A DNA stretch of 64,000 nt, from assembly GCA_950054485.1 (NCBI GenBank), contig CATLPD010000007.1:12262-76261 (forward strand), in the 5' to 3' direction. A program made the position numbers and the translations under genes. This document shows, in pieces, positions 45,138 to 54,302 of the stretch. Origin of the DNA: an uncultured Alphaproteobacteria bacterium. GTDB taxonomy: Bacteria > Pseudomonadota > Alphaproteobacteria > Micavibrionales > CSBR16-224. Each line of letters opens with the position of its first letter. The first letter of the stretch is position 1. The notes beneath the pieces are model-generated. The model had not been told where the DNA came from and searched no databases. It saw nothing but the letters and a program-made list of their open reading frames with translations.

Positions 45138-45326
45138 TTAATATTGTGTTGTTGATGTAAAGCATTGGCTGTCCAGATAGCTCTGGATATCTTCGATCCG
45201 GTAACGGACACTACGGCCTATCTTTATGTATGGAATGGGACTACCGATACGGCGGTCTTTTTGTAGTTTGTAAATACTGCACCCCAACATGGTTGCAGTT
45301 TCTTTTTCAGTTATAAGATTTTTCAT
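45138..45326 (-). CDS. alpA: AlpA-family phage/island transcriptional regulator (excisionase-like HTH)
   Basis: MKNLITEKETATMLGCSIYKLQKDRRIGSPIPYIKIGRSVRYRIEDIQSYL matches the AlpA/Xis-type winged-HTH pattern. Confidence 0.7.
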   Translation of the reverse strand: MKNLITEKETATMLGCSIYKLQKDRRIGSPIPYIKIGRSVRYRIEDIQSYLDSQCFTSTTQY

Positions 45327-45389
45327 CAGACACCTCCTTTGTTGTCGATGTCTGATCATTTCAAAAAAATGTATATGTCGGGAGGGAGC

Positions 45390-45935
45390 TTATACTTCGT
45401 TTAAAAGGTTAATTAGCTCTTTTTTGTATTTTTTTAAAAAAGGCATCAGCACCCTTAAATCACTTTCAATGTCAGGGAAATTTTCAAAACCTTTTCCGGC
45501 CATATCACCGTAATCGTAAAACTGGTTTTCTTTTTTAACTTTACGATAGGTCTTCACAAGCCGTTCCCTTATACTTTCTGGGCTGGTTTGCTCGTCCATA
45601 GCCTGGGCGAGGTCAACATACTCGTCCAGTAAAGCATCCAATGTTTTGTTCGAGCTTTCCATCTCTTCGATCATTTTTAAGGCAAGCTCCGTATCGTGTT
45701 CAACAAAGCCTTTAGGTCCGGCAGGTTTTTTATATTTCGTTTCCCTAAACAACAATTTTAAAATGGCTTCGGTTCTGCTTTTTGGCGAATCCAAAACAAA
45801 ACGAAGCGTAACAATGTCACGCTCTGGGTTAATTTCTGCATCTTCAGGTGGATCGCTAAGGTATTCGGAGAAATTTACAAGACATTTAACTATGTCCTGT
45901 ATTGGTTCGGATTCGTAAGATATCTTCTTTGCCAT
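45390..45935 (-). CDS. Hypothetical protein (island)
   Basis: 181-aa ORF between int and alpA on the same strand. I recognise no motif. Confidence 0.45.
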   Translation of the reverse strand: MAKKISYESEPIQDIVKCLVNFSEYLSDPPEDAEINPERDIVTLRFVLDSPKSRTEAILKLLFRETKYKKPAGPKGFVEHDTELALKMIEEMESSNKTLDALLDEYVDLAQAMDEQTSPESIRERLVKTYRKVKKENQFYDYGDMAGKGFENFPDIESDLRVLMPFLKKYKKELINLLNEV

Positions 45936-47088
45936 TAACTTTATCCAATATGTATCGTTCTATCTGTTGCATAGGTGCACGCAACCGTTCCACCCCGACA
46001 ATAATATAACCGCCGGTAACATCTGTCACCCTGTGGTTTAACATACGCTTTAGGGCATAAGAGCCAATATCAAGGCTTTCGGCAATGGTTATAAATGTAC
46101 GGCGCAAGTCATGGCACGTAAATTCGACCCCAGAATTCCGAATAACCTTGTAGATACCTTTCTTAGGCTCAGCCAAATAGCCGTGTATTCCAGATCCTGG
46201 GAACACATATTTATAATTCCCATACCTCGCCCTTCTCTGCTCGAACATCTCGAATAGATAATCGCATATTGGAAGCACAAGCGGGTCACCGTTTTTTGTA
46301 TCTGGAATTCGTAATGTTCTTTCAGCAAAGTTTATATCTGTCCATGCTATCTTTGCAGCCTCACCTCGCCTTAAGCCTGTAAACAGCAATACAAGAAAGA
46401 AGTCGCGATAAGTATCATTATCCAGGTCATGCACACCGTTCCACCATTCTTTTAAATCACTGGGCTTGATGTAGGTTCTGCGACGACTTTCTTTATACCA
46501 CGCCTTTACGTGGCTCAGGTACGAAACTGGGTTTTCTGATTGCAGGCCATATGTTGCCTTCGCAAAATTGTACAGAGCGCGAAAGACACGCAATACTTTA
46601 TTTGCTGTTGTTGGACCGCTTTCCCTTCCAAGCCTGCCATGCTTTTCTAGAACTTGCTCTTTTGTTATATCCTCGACAGGACGTGCCAACCAATCTGCAA
46701 GGTATTTGCCTGTAATGTATGTATAGTCGGAACGTGTGCGGTCTTTTAAATTCCGGCGTGTTTCCAAAAACTGTTCGAGCACTGTTTGTAATGTTATTTT
46801 CTGCGCTTGTTCTTCGCGCTCTTTTTCCAATGGATTTACACCTGTCGACATCAGGTAGAGTTTTTCTTTTGCAACCTTTCTTGCCTCTTCGGGGGTAAAA
46901 TGCCCATATCGCCCTATGGTGTAACGGACGCTTTTACCCTGCATATCTTTCTGCACTGCAAATGTTTTTGATTGCTTGCCGACAATCAAATAAAACCCTG
47001 GCAGCGTTTTATCGACATAAAAAACCTGTCCCTTTTCTGGGTGTGGCAGGGTTTCGATCACCTGTTTTGTTAGCTTAGCCTTCGGCAT
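45886..47088 (-). CDS. int: Tyrosine site-specific integrase (P4-type, DUF4102-like N-terminal arm-binding domain)
   Basis: The N-terminus is LPGFYLIVGKQSKTFAVQ. The catalytic region carries TGLRRGEA, HDLRRTF and a C-terminal GGY tyrosine. Confidence 0.85.
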   Translation of the reverse strand: MPKAKLTKQVIETLPHPEKGQVFYVDKTLPGFYLIVGKQSKTFAVQKDMQGKSVRYTIGRYGHFTPEEARKVAKEKLYLMSTGVNPLEKEREEQAQKITLQTVLEQFLETRRNLKDRTRSDYTYITGKYLADWLARPVEDITKEQVLEKHGRLGRESGPTTANKVLRVFRALYNFAKATYGLQSENPVSYLSHVKAWYKESRRRTYIKPSDLKEWWNGVHDLDNDTYRDFFLVLLFTGLRRGEAAKIAWTDINFAERTLRIPDTKNGDPLVLPICDYLFEMFEQRRARYGNYKYVFPGSGIHGYLAEPKKGIYKVIRNSGVEFTCHDLRRTFITIAESLDIGSYALKRMLNHRVTDVTGGYIIVGVERLRAPMQQIERYILDKVNGKEDILRIRTNTGHS

Positions 47089-47282
47089 TGTAACCAATCC
47101 TGTTGTTGACACTTAGATTCTTTATAAATGTCAAAAATGACAAAAGGCAACAAAAAACCATTAAAATCAATACACTATACAAATCAATCTTAAAAATTAT
47201 TGTTCTGTACAGATTTTGATAGATCGCACTAGAAGATTATTTCAGCCTTATTTTCGACACATTTTTGATATACAATAAAAGA

Positions 47283-47969
47283 ATGAGAAGTGAATCTGGA
47301 AATGCCCTGTTTTTGATTTTGATTGCGGTCGCGCTGTTCGCAGCGCTGTCTTATGCCTTGACAAATTCAGGGCGTGGTAATGGCGATATAGATAAGGAGA
47401 ACGCCGAAATTATGGTGGGGCAGATTATGGGCACTATCGGCAGCATGCAGCAAGGTTTTATGCGCCTAGACATTTCAGGTGGATATGACCAGATATTGTT
47501 TGATGATAGTGCCGAGACTGCCAGTGGGACATGTTACGATAATAACTCAACGACTTCGCCCTGCAACACTATTGGTTTATTTAATAGTGATACAGGTGTT
47601 CCAAAACCTTTCTTAAAAGATGAATACCACTATACAGGTGTTTTATCGTGGGGTTTTATAACCACACAGACCCAGTTAAGCGGTACGGAATTGGGCACGA
47701 CGGCTGCTGATGACATTTTGCGTTTGTCCTATATGCCGAAAACACTTTGCGAAGCATTGAATAAAAAACTTAATGGTAGCGCAACAATCGGCTCTGTCTC
47801 TAGTTATGCTGCCGGTACCGGTTGGTCAGAAGCTTGGATGCTGGAAGATGAAACATTCGGGCTTTATCTTGGGCCGACAGATTCAGGTATGGCTCTGGAT
47901 AATGAAGGATGTGTTACGTTTGACGGCGGAAATAACTTTGATTTTTACTATGTTTTTAAAGAACGTTAG
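47283..47969 (+). CDS. Hypothetical secreted/membrane protein with a pilin-like hydrophobic N-terminus (island cargo)
   Basis: MRSESGNALFLILIAVALFAALSYALTNSG is followed by a Gly/Thr/Ser-rich domain with Cys pairs. There is no Glu at position +5, so it is not a canonical type IV prepilin. Confidence 0.5.
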   Translation: MRSESGNALFLILIAVALFAALSYALTNSGRGNGDIDKENAEIMVGQIMGTIGSMQQGFMRLDISGGYDQILFDDSAETASGTCYDNNSTTSPCNTIGLFNSDTGVPKPFLKDEYHYTGVLSWGFITTQTQLSGTELGTTAADDILRLSYMPKTLCEALNKKLNGSATIGSVSSYAAGTGWSEAWMLEDETFGLYLGPTDSGMALDNEGCVTFDGGNNFDFYYVFKER

Positions 47970-47970
47970 A

Positions 47971-48093
47971 ATGGAAAAATACATTTTTAAAAACGAAAAC
48001 GCCCTGTTTTTAATTCTGCTCGCGCTCGCATTGTTTGCGGCACTGGCATATGCGATTATGAACGGGCAGCATGCCTCCAAATATTCGGGCTAA
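47971..48093 (+). CDS. Short ORF (40 aa) paralogous to the N-terminus of the preceding gene; possibly a truncated copy
   Basis: MEKYIFKNENALFLILLALALFAALAYAIMNG... parallels GNALFLILIAVALFAALSYALTNSG. It starts 1 nt after the preceding stop. Confidence 0.35.
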   Translation: MEKYIFKNENALFLILLALALFAALAYAIMNGQHASKYSG

Positions 48094-48186
48094 GCCGAAG
48101 GCCATATAAACCCACCATCCGACACATTTCTCTTTTTCCACATTTTATCGCTCGGCGACTCGGGGACGCCCTTACAGGTGCCCCCC

Positions 48187-48205
48187 TAATAAGGCTATAA
48201 TAAGG
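48187..48205 (+). repeat. 19-mer TAATAAGGCTATAATAAGG, right copy (inside the island, 145 bp from attR)
   Basis: Identical to 41164-41182. Confidence 0.85.
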
Positions 48206-48349
48206 CTGCAGAAGACAGGCTAAAATTAGGCGAGCTTAAATAAACCAATTCCAAAAACATAAATAATGGTTTAAAAACAAATATTTATACCGCGAAAAGT
48301 CGCTAAAGCTTAAACCAGAACAAACCGTATTAAAACCGCTCCAAAATAA

Positions 48350-48394
48350 TTCGTAAAGCAAAGGTCGGGTGTTCAAATCACCTCTCCGGCACCA
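48350..48394 (+). repeat. attR: 45-bp duplicate of the tRNA-Thr 3' part (anticodon loop to CCA)
   Basis: TTCGTAAAGCAAAGGTCGGGTGTTCAAATCACCTCTCCGGCACCA matches 41230-41274 at 44 of 45 positions. Confidence 0.9.
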
Positions 48395-48451
48395 CTACCC
48401 CCTATATAATAAAGCATTGAAATTTTCATAATATTGTGATAGTGTATTTTC

Positions 48452-49036
48452 ATGAATTGGACAATCGAAGCAAAAGTTCTGCCCCTCGCCCATTTTGGCG
48501 GGCATCTATATCTGGAGATTTTTGATCCGGAAGGCAAACGCGTTTGTCAAATCAACGGCCTGTCCTACAGCCATCGCTTCAATAAAATCGTGCCGATGGG
48601 CATTCCGGGCGATCAGCTCAAAGCCTATGTCTGCAACCGCACAATTCTGGGTGTCACATCGGGGTATAACCGTGACAACCATCCGCATAAGGGCTATGTC
48701 ATATACAAAGGCAGTGAAGAAGATATTCAAAAAATCATCACCGCGACAAAGGACCTCTCCGTTCAATTTAACGATGAAGGGTTCTTGTATAATGTTCTGT
48801 CTTTCAACAGCAATACGGTCTTTTCATCGATGTTGCAAAAAATCAGTGAAATCGTAGATATTGATCAGAAAGCTGTGCGCAAAGCGATTGCAATACGCCT
48901 GATTACGCCCGGCGTTAAAACAGATGTTATCAACGGGCGTCAAAACCTGACAGATCTGTTTAATGGCAACAAACAGCGTCTTAAGCGCAAAGCCCCGCCC
49001 AAGCCAGCTGCAAAAAATAAAAATTTTAAAAAATAA
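48452..49036 (+). CDS. Hypothetical protein with a Lys-rich C-terminal tail
   Basis: 194-aa ORF immediately outside attR. I recognise no domain. Confidence 0.45.
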   Translation: MNWTIEAKVLPLAHFGGHLYLEIFDPEGKRVCQINGLSYSHRFNKIVPMGIPGDQLKAYVCNRTILGVTSGYNRDNHPHKGYVIYKGSEEDIQKIITATKDLSVQFNDEGFLYNVLSFNSNTVFSSMLQKISEIVDIDQKAVRKAIAIRLITPGVKTDVINGRQNLTDLFNGNKQRLKRKAPPKPAAKNKNFKK

Positions 49037-49040
49037 AAGC

Positions 49041-49823
49041 TTAAATAAGATCCTTGTTTTTGGACTTATTGTTGATGAATTCCGCAATTTTAAAATACAT
49101 GAAATGCGGCATAATACGCATCAGTTTTAAAAACCATGTAAATCGCTTGGGGAAATGAATTTCAAAACGATCAGATGTCAGACCATCCACAATATACGTG
49201 GCCGCCTTTTCGGCCGAGATAATCATCGGCATTTCAAAATCGTTTTTATCCGTCAGCGGTGTTTCAACAAAACCGGGGCAGATCATTCTAACGTCCAGCC
49301 CCAATGGCTTCCATTCAACGTGCAGGCTTTCGGCGTAGTTAATCAGACCGGCCTTGGTTGCGCAATAAGGTTGCCCCTTGGGCAGGCCGCGATAGCCGGC
49401 AACTGAAGCGCACAAAACCAACTGACCTGATCCCTGCTTTTCAAAAACAGGTTTGATTTTCTCGGCGATGTTAAGGGCACCGCCAAGGTTCACCGCGATC
49501 ATCTTGTGAATAAAATCAAGATCTTTCGGCTTGCCGTCGTGTTTACTGTAAATAGCGGCCAGAAATATGACGCTGTCGATATTGTAATATTTATCCTGAA
49601 TCACTTTGAGCGCGCCATCAACGTTCTTTTGATCTGTTACATCCAACGTAACTACGGTATGATCGCCCGCGGCCAGATCAGATTTTACGTCGTTTAGCTT
49701 ATCTTCCCTACGTGCTGAAAGAATGATGTTTGCACCTTTAGATGCAAGATCCTTTGCAAGGGCTGCACCGATGCCGCTGCTGGCGCCAATGATCCAAATA
49801 TTTTTACGCGTCAATGTTTTCAT
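49041..49823 (-). CDS. Short-chain dehydrogenase/reductase (SDR) family oxidoreductase
   Basis: 260 aa. Carries IIGASSGIGAALAKDLA (TGxxxGxG-type), NLGG and the catalytic YCATKAG (YxxxK). It overlaps the bphP 3' end by 20 nt. Confidence 0.85.
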   Translation of the reverse strand: MKTLTRKNIWIIGASSGIGAALAKDLASKGANIILSARREDKLNDVKSDLAAGDHTVVTLDVTDQKNVDGALKVIQDKYYNIDSVIFLAAIYSKHDGKPKDLDFIHKMIAVNLGGALNIAEKIKPVFEKQGSGQLVLCASVAGYRGLPKGQPYCATKAGLINYAESLHVEWKPLGLDVRMICPGFVETPLTDKNDFEMPMIISAEKAATYIVDGLTSDRFEIHFPKRFTWFLKLMRIMPHFMYFKIAEFINNKSKNKDLI

Positions 49824-52536
49824 CAGATATCATACCCTCGACAATAATGTCTTTGATTTTACCGGCTGTCTTTTTCAAATCCAGCGGCTTTGGAATATAG
49901 TAATCCATCCCTGCATCCAGACATTTTTGCCGGTCTTCTTTCAGCGCGTTAGCGGTCATACCGATAATCGGTGTCTTTTTGAAAACGCCAGTGCGTTGTT
50001 TTTCCTTGATGATTTTTGTGGCCGTCAAGCCGTCCATAATCGGCATCTGCACATCCATAATGATCAGATCAAAGTCTTCGCGCTCAAGCTTTTCAATCGC
50101 TTCTTTACCATTGTTTGCAATCACAACCTGATAGCCCTGATTTTGCAAAAAATGCATCGCGACAACAACATTGCCTTCATAATCTTCAACCAGCAGAATT
50201 TTTCTTTTCTGCCCCTCAGAGTCTAAAGCTTCGCGTATAATTTCGGGGTCGACATCACCGACATGTTCAGAGTCACTCTGCTCACATTCCAGCGGCAATT
50301 TGATAATGAACTTTGAACCAAGGCCTTTTTTACTGGTAACATCGATGCTACCGCCCATCAGTTCAACCAGCCCTTTTGATATGGACAGGCCCAATCCCGT
50401 TCCGCCATGCTGCTTAGTTACGGTATTATCTTCCTGAATGAATTTATTAAAGATCGTGTCAATTTTGCTTTCGCTGATACCAACACCACTATCTATCACT
50501 TCAAAGACAGTCATCTCCTGACCGGTGTGATCTTCCTCGAAATAGGCCATAATATTTACAAAACCCTGATCGGTAAATTTCAAAGCATTATTCACAAGGT
50601 TAATCAGAACCTGACGAATACGTGAAACATCACCGCATAAAATGCGTTGGTCTGCCCGATCATAGTTTACATTCAGTTTTAACTGCTTTTCGTTGGCTTT
50701 CACCATCATCATACTGCGGAGGTCCTCAAGAAGGTCGGCCATTTTAAATCGGTTTTCCTCCATCTGGACTTCACCGGATTCAATTTTTGCAATGTCCAGC
50801 AAGTCATTCAACAGCGCCATCAGGGACCGTGAACTGACCCCCATCGTCCTGACAAGTTTTTTGTGCTTTTCACTGAGGTTATCATCGTCATTTAATATCT
50901 GGATAATACCTGTGATCGCCCCCAGAGGCGTTCTTAATTCGTGTGACATATGTGACAGAAATTCTGTCTTGGCCTCATTTGCGCGCTCCGCATAAATTTT
51001 CTCATGCTCAAGTATAATTCGCGTTATCGATTTTGCAGCCTCGACATCCGATTCTGACCATGGGTCGCACTTGCCTTGCGTTTCGGTTTGCCACAAATCA
51101 AATGAACTGCGTGGTGTCAAACGATAACCGGCTTTTGTTTTTTCAACAGGCTTTTCCGGATCACCCGCCCAATTGACTTTGTTCTTTTTCGCACTTCTGA
51201 ACCAGACGGCCAAATCATCGCTCTGAATGCCGATCGGCAATGCCAGAAACCCGCCTGAAAACGTTATGTCGTCGACCTTTTCATCTTTGAAAAACTTTTC
51301 CGCATCACGCGTATAGATAACCGATTTATTGACAGAGTTTTTACACCAGCTCATAAATCTTTCAAGGTTCTTTCCCTGGGGTGTATTCCCGAAACAATTA
51401 GATGTCTTGTTAGTATAAATCACAATACCGTCTGCCATCAAAGCCTGCAGGGCAATTTCATTATGACCGAATAAAATATCGTCCGCTTTGACGGCGCCAT
51501 TCAACTGGGATGCAATTTTTTCAATCAGCAGACTTTTCTGACTGATACGTTTTTGTTTTTCAACCAATTCCATGGAAGACAGTTTGGCCGAGAAAATATG
51601 ACCCAGAATTTCTGACAGTACGCGCATTCTATATGGAACGTGGAGCGGCTCGTCATGATGACAGGCTACTAGCCCCCATAATTGCCCCCCTTGCATGATC
51701 GAAATCGACATGGATGCTTTAACATTAATATTGTCCAGATACTGGATATGCACCGGCGAAACACTGCGCAGAACCGAGAATGTCATATCAACCGGCCTGT
51801 CATCCCCTTCAATTCTTTCAGGATACATATCAATCGGTTTATAACTGATATCTGAAATCAGGCGCAGATAGTTTTTTGAATATAGCAAACGCGCTTGCAG
51901 CGGTATATCGGATGCAGGAAAATTAAGCCCCAAATAAGACGGCATGTGATCCTGGCGCGCTTCCGCAACGACCATACCGTTCCAGTCTTCATCAAACTTG
52001 TATAATTTAACCCGCGCAAAGCCCGTCAATTTTCGTACTTCTTCAATAATAACCTTATAAAGGTTTTCAAGATCGGATACTTTTTGAAAGATAATCGCAA
52101 AATCCCTGAGCTCCTCGTAGATACGGTTTTCATCAAGGTTTGTTTCTTTATCAAACTCTTCCAGTTCAACAACTTTGTAATCACCAGAGAAATGGACAAC
52201 CGCATCATATTCCATGTCATTGACCGTAATAGATGCCGATTTCAGCGGCTGCAATTCATAGGCCCGGGCAACATCATTTATATGACCCAGATCTTTTTTT
52301 CCAAGAATATCAACCAGGTTTTTACCGATTAGATCTTTGGGTGTAATCCCTATGAAAGCCTCGGCATTTTCGCTGACCTGAACGATTTGGTCTGATTTGG
52401 CATTCGCAATGATCATGCATCCATGCGGTTGTATACGATTTGGGATGTGAATAGGCTCTTTCGCGCAGACTTCCAAAGCATCTTTCAGCTCCTGCTCGCT
52501 AAGTTGCTCACGGGATATTAAATTCTTGTCTTTCAT
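49804..52536 (-). CDS. bphP: Bacteriophytochrome histidine kinase with a C-terminal receiver (PAS-GAF-PHY-HisKA-HATPase-REC)
   Basis: 910 aa. Cys24 lies in EVCAKEPIHIPNRIQPHGCMII, the biliverdin-binding context. The GAF block SVSPVHIQYLDNINVKASMSISI, H-box FLSHMSHELRTPLGAI, GTGLGLSISKGLV and receiver ILLVEDYEGN...LIIMDVQMPIMDG are present. Confidence 0.9.
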   Translation of the reverse strand: MKDKNLISREQLSEQELKDALEVCAKEPIHIPNRIQPHGCMIIANAKSDQIVQVSENAEAFIGITPKDLIGKNLVDILGKKDLGHINDVARAYELQPLKSASITVNDMEYDAVVHFSGDYKVVELEEFDKETNLDENRIYEELRDFAIIFQKVSDLENLYKVIIEEVRKLTGFARVKLYKFDEDWNGMVVAEARQDHMPSYLGLNFPASDIPLQARLLYSKNYLRLISDISYKPIDMYPERIEGDDRPVDMTFSVLRSVSPVHIQYLDNINVKASMSISIMQGGQLWGLVACHHDEPLHVPYRMRVLSEILGHIFSAKLSSMELVEKQKRISQKSLLIEKIASQLNGAVKADDILFGHNEIALQALMADGIVIYTNKTSNCFGNTPQGKNLERFMSWCKNSVNKSVIYTRDAEKFFKDEKVDDITFSGGFLALPIGIQSDDLAVWFRSAKKNKVNWAGDPEKPVEKTKAGYRLTPRSSFDLWQTETQGKCDPWSESDVEAAKSITRIILEHEKIYAERANEAKTEFLSHMSHELRTPLGAITGIIQILNDDDNLSEKHKKLVRTMGVSSRSLMALLNDLLDIAKIESGEVQMEENRFKMADLLEDLRSMMMVKANEKQLKLNVNYDRADQRILCGDVSRIRQVLINLVNNALKFTDQGFVNIMAYFEEDHTGQEMTVFEVIDSGVGISESKIDTIFNKFIQEDNTVTKQHGGTGLGLSISKGLVELMGGSIDVTSKKGLGSKFIIKLPLECEQSDSEHVGDVDPEIIREALDSEGQKRKILLVEDYEGNVVVAMHFLQNQGYQVVIANNGKEAIEKLEREDFDLIIMDVQMPIMDGLTATKIIKEKQRTGVFKKTPIIGMTANALKEDRQKCLDAGMDYYIPKPLDLKKTAGKIKDIIVEGMISDENIDA

Positions 52537-53126
52537 GCTTCACCTGCTGATTGTGTGTATTTCACTTTAAAAAAAGCATCCATATCATGAAAAACATTTT
52601 TAGCGGCTTTAACAGCAACCTCTTCTTTAACATGGGGACTTTGATCTTCGATATAGGATAAAAATGAGCGCCAGATATTACCATTATCGGAACCGTAACC
52701 ATTAAAATAAAACAGGTTTTCACCTTTTATGAGCCCCAGGTTTTTCTGTAGCTGGGCCGAAATATACTGACCGCCAAGGGTCGACCCCTGCTTTACGTAC
52801 AGATAGCCGATATAGCTTGAAAAGCATGTATCCTTGACGTCGGCCATGTGTACGATTTCAGGTCGTGACAAAGAGAGGGCATCAAAATCCTTTTCCAGCA
52901 TGTCTACCGGGCAAAATTCGTGCTCGAATTTGCGGTCTATATCTTTGAACGCTTTCTCGTATGCCGCGTGAAATTCATAAAAAGCACGAAGAATACCGAA
53001 ATATTCGGGGCTTGATATTGATTTATCCTGAAGAGGCGATAGCAGCGGGTGGCGGTGCATTTTCATATGCGCATCATGCGTTTGCGCCTTTAATGCGCTA
53101 TGAAGGGGAAATGTTTTGGATGCCAT
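52533..53126 (-). CDS. bphO: Heme oxygenase (biliverdin-producing, BphO-type)
   Basis: 197 aa. The N-terminus LHSALKAQTHDAHMKMH is the proximal His region. A 4-nt overlap with bphP gives the classic bphO-bphP operon layout. Confidence 0.75.
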   Translation of the reverse strand: MASKTFPLHSALKAQTHDAHMKMHRHPLLSPLQDKSISSPEYFGILRAFYEFHAAYEKAFKDIDRKFEHEFCPVDMLEKDFDALSLSRPEIVHMADVKDTCFSSYIGYLYVKQGSTLGGQYISAQLQKNLGLIKGENLFYFNGYGSDNGNIWRSFLSYIEDQSPHVKEEVAVKAAKNVFHDMDAFFKVKYTQSAGEA

Positions 53127-53227
53127 CTTTTTTCTTTTTTATACTCTTCCGTATATCAACATATACATTAGGGAAAAGTTTCATCAAAAACAACAACTGT
53201 CTTGAAGCCATTGCTGGCGAAAAAAGT

Positions 53228-54172
53228 TTATACACGCCCTCTGTAGGGGCTGCAATTCTCCCAGCCGATGCCCATGGCCTGACGGCTTGCATATTGATCG
53301 GGCGAGATGCTGTTAAGAATGTTCAATAACTCGGAATTGCGTTGATTGCGGCCCGGATAGCCAAAAAGAAGGATTGCATAGCGTTGACCGTCTGTTGCTT
53401 CGTGAACATAGGTCATCGTCGAACCTGAAATTTGCGACCAGCCTGTTTTCATGAATACAGGTTCAAGTCTGTTCGCACAGACTACGCTGTCAGGGCGATA
53501 ATTAATATTGCGATATACGGTATTGCGACGGTCAAAATGATGCGTGATCATTGGGTCATCTGCAAGAATGCTCGATAATGTAATCATATCAGACGCTACA
53601 CTGTAGGATGCGCCCCCAAAAGTATTGGTCGGCATACCCGATGCATTCCCGAAATGGGTGTTGTCCATCCCCAGCTCCTGCGCATATTCATTCATCATAC
53701 GGACAAAATTGCGCTCGCTGCCACCAACATGACCCGCAATCGCAACGGCAACATCATTTGCCGAATATTTAGCCATAACCTCCAAGGCGTCATACAGCTT
53801 AATGCGATCGTTAACACGCAGCCCCAGTTCAATAGCGCCCCTGCCTTGTGCTGCGGCGCGCGGTGTTATACGGACCATATCATCCATTGAAACATTGCCA
53901 CGCTCTACCTCGCGTGAAACGACAGCGGCTGTCATCAGTTTTGTTACGGATGCCAGATAGAACCGACATTCGCCGTTGCGCGCACGCTGGTTACGCCGAC
54001 AGCTTGTATCGTTGCGCAAAAACTCGCCCGTATCCATATTCATAACAACCGTTGCACGGGCGCGTGACGATACTGCGGCATCAGCCGCGGTCGTAGGCAC
54101 CACCATCGAAGAGGCCGCCAAGAAACACGCCGCCAGACTGGTTTTTGCTTTCCTAAAGAGCTTCATTTTCAT
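53228..54172 (-). CDS. D-alanyl-D-alanine carboxypeptidase (serine peptidase S11 family)
   Basis: Signal peptide, SxxK motif (ASVTKLMTA), SxN motif (YSANDVA) and KTG motif (FMKTGWS). Confidence 0.8.
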   Translation of the reverse strand: MKMKLFRKAKTSLAACFLAASSMVVPTTAADAAVSSRARATVVMNMDTGEFLRNDTSCRRNQRARNGECRFYLASVTKLMTAAVVSREVERGNVSMDDMVRITPRAAAQGRGAIELGLRVNDRIKLYDALEVMAKYSANDVAVAIAGHVGGSERNFVRMMNEYAQELGMDNTHFGNASGMPTNTFGGASYSVASDMITLSSILADDPMITHHFDRRNTVYRNINYRPDSVVCANRLEPVFMKTGWSQISGSTMTYVHEATDGQRYAILLFGYPGRNQRNSELLNILNSISPDQYASRQAMGIGWENCSPYRGRV

Positions 54173-54302
54173 ATTCTTGTTTAAGTTAGATTGCCAATTT
54201 AACAAGATTGGTTTTATCTGTCAATCCCCCGTTATATTTTGAAATAAACTTACACTTCACTTTTCGACAAAAGCCAATAAAATATCTAGAGGCGGTTTCT
54301 TA

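Larger units (their letters stand above)
41230..48394. mobile_element. Integrative element (~7.2 kb) in tRNA-Thr, P4-like or satellite-like: integrase, AlpA, primase-helicase and cargo
   Basis: 45-bp direct repeats lie at 41230-41274 (attL, inside the tRNA) and 48350-48394 (attR), with one mismatch (C41245 / T48365). A tyrosine integrase, an AlpA-type HTH and a Prim-Pol/SF3 helicase lie inside. The flanks are visibly AT-rich. Confidence 0.8.

Noticed and set aside
47773-48093. 106-aa ORF from the track.
   Set aside because: Its first ~65 codons overlap the 47283-47969 gene in another frame. Only the last 40 codons, from ATG 47971, look plausible, and I report those separately.
49723-50226. 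167-aa plus-strand ORF.
   Set aside because: It is antisense to the bphP receiver domain and the start of the SDR gene, so it is a shadow ORF.
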